Of a stretch of DNA of 64,000 nucleotides, positions 63,437 through 64,000 are shown one piece after another. This stretch comes from Bdellovibrionales bacterium. GTDB lineage: Bacteria > Bdellovibrionota > Bdellovibrionia > Bdellovibrionales > UBA1609. The stretch spans positions 1,304,318 through 1,368,317 of the forward strand of contig OZ220488.1 of NCBI GenBank assembly GCA_965116155.1, read 5' to 3'. The stretch's first letter is position 1. The number at the start of each line of letters is the position of its first letter. The position numbers and the translations under genes are program-made. The notes beneath the pieces were generated by a model. That model saw only the letters and a program-made list of their open reading frames with translations. It ran no database searches and was not told where the DNA came from.

Positions 63437-64000
63437 CTTAATTCTAACTTTGCAATAGTGCTCAGTTGCATATTACTGGTGCCTTCGTAGATTTGGCCTA
63501 TTTTGGCATCGCGGTAGAATTTTTCTACCGGGTACTCTTTCGAAAACCCATTGCCGCCAAACAAATCCACTGCCTGCGAACAAATGCGCTCCGCCGCGCG
63601 CGAAGCATACAGTTTCGCCATAGCGGCCTCTTTAGTAAACACCTTGCCGCTGTCTTTAACGCGTGCCGCATTGTACACCAGCAATCTCGCCGCCTCTAAA
63701 TCGGTACGCATATCGGCCAGCTGAAACTGCACTCCCTGAAACGAGGCAATGCTCCTGCCAAATTGCTCTCGCTCTTTTACATAATCTAAGGACGCCTCAT
63801 AAGCCCCTTGGGCAATGCCCAGCATCTGCGCTCCTATGCCAATGCGCCCTTCGTTTAAGGTCTCAATCGCCACTTTGTATCCTTTGCCTATACCTCCTAA
63901 CACGGCAGACTCTGGCACAAAGCAATCCTTAAACAGCAACTCGCAAGTCGAGCTAGAGCGTATGCCGAGCTTGTCTTCCTTTTTGCCCACTGTAAAGCCC
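63433..64000 (-). CDS. Acyl-CoA dehydrogenase, C-terminal part (gene continues beyond the window end)
   Basis: ..GKKEDKLGIRSSSTCELLF.., ..YEGTSNMQLSTIAK. The reading frame stays open to position 64000. The stop TAG (63433-63435) lies inside the pgpA-terminal motif, giving a 4-nt convergent overlap. Confidence 0.85.
   Translation of the reverse strand, partial: GFTVGKKEDKLGIRSSSTCELLFKDCFVPESAVLGGIGKGYKVAIETLNEGRIGIGAQMLGIAQGAYEASLDYVKEREQFGRSIASFQGVQFQLADMRTDLEAARLLVYNAARVKDSGKVFTKEAAMAKLYASRAAERICSQAVDLFGGNGFSKEYPVEKFYRDAKIGQIYEGTSNMQLSTIAKLELS

Noticed and set aside
1-64000. Search for rRNA, tRNA, tmRNA, RNase P, SRP RNA or known riboswitches
   Set aside because: I could not recognise any tRNA-like T-arm/acceptor pattern or conserved ncRNA core by eye. 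Absence is not proven without tRNAscan-SE, Infernal or Rfam.

Overview
Chromosomal window (about 50% G+C by eye) from a Gram-negative bacterium. The gene content (Agl/Glt-type gliding-motility cluster, alternative complex III, Flp/TadE pilin genes, a lysine-rich histone-H1-like protein, several secreted metzincin proteases) fits a Bdellovibrio-like predatory lineage; this is inference only. Left to right: (1) 0.1-10.9 kb gliding-motility-type operon (OM beta-barrel, two TPR proteins, small secreted protein, FHA + AgmX/PglI-C protein, MotA/TolQ plus two ExbD/TolR); (2) an 854-aa lipoprotein with an acidic linker; (3) a small patch of mobile-DNA debris (Rpn-family PD-(D/E)XK nuclease, truncated IS3); (4) scoAB, thiolase, histone-like protein, trxB, addAB-like helicase-nuclease; (5) etfBA-hbd-icmF; (6) an accessory patch with an AbiEi/AbiEii cassette bracketed by 30-bp direct repeats, plus the first of three metzincin genes with a 213-aa two-TM partner; (7) truB, fadD, LolC/E-like permease, MpaA-like amidase, dapD, IscA-like protein, tryptophanase-family lyase; (8) a second metzincin/partner/metzincin patch; (9) pseudopilin, Flp pilin, TadE-like genes; (10) actABCDEF (ACIII), pgpA, partial acyl-CoA dehydrogenase. 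I recognised no rRNA, tRNA or CRISPR array. The most unusual signal is non-coding. Nearly every sizeable intergenic gap holds a mosaic family of roughly 125-135-nt long-hairpin elements with conserved termini (GCGTAAGCAT; TTAGAGCGCTAG/CTAGCGCTCTAA; CAGGCTCATAGATCCCTTATAGG; AGCTGTCTAGCGCGC). These elements have at least nine different, internally complementary (co-varying) stem arms. They are nested inside one another, with filled versus empty sites visible between paralogous arrays. Their terminal 12-mer coincides with the stop codons of at least eight genes. The second candidate system is the triplicated metzincin + membrane-partner module; the third is the AbiE cassette with att-like repeats.
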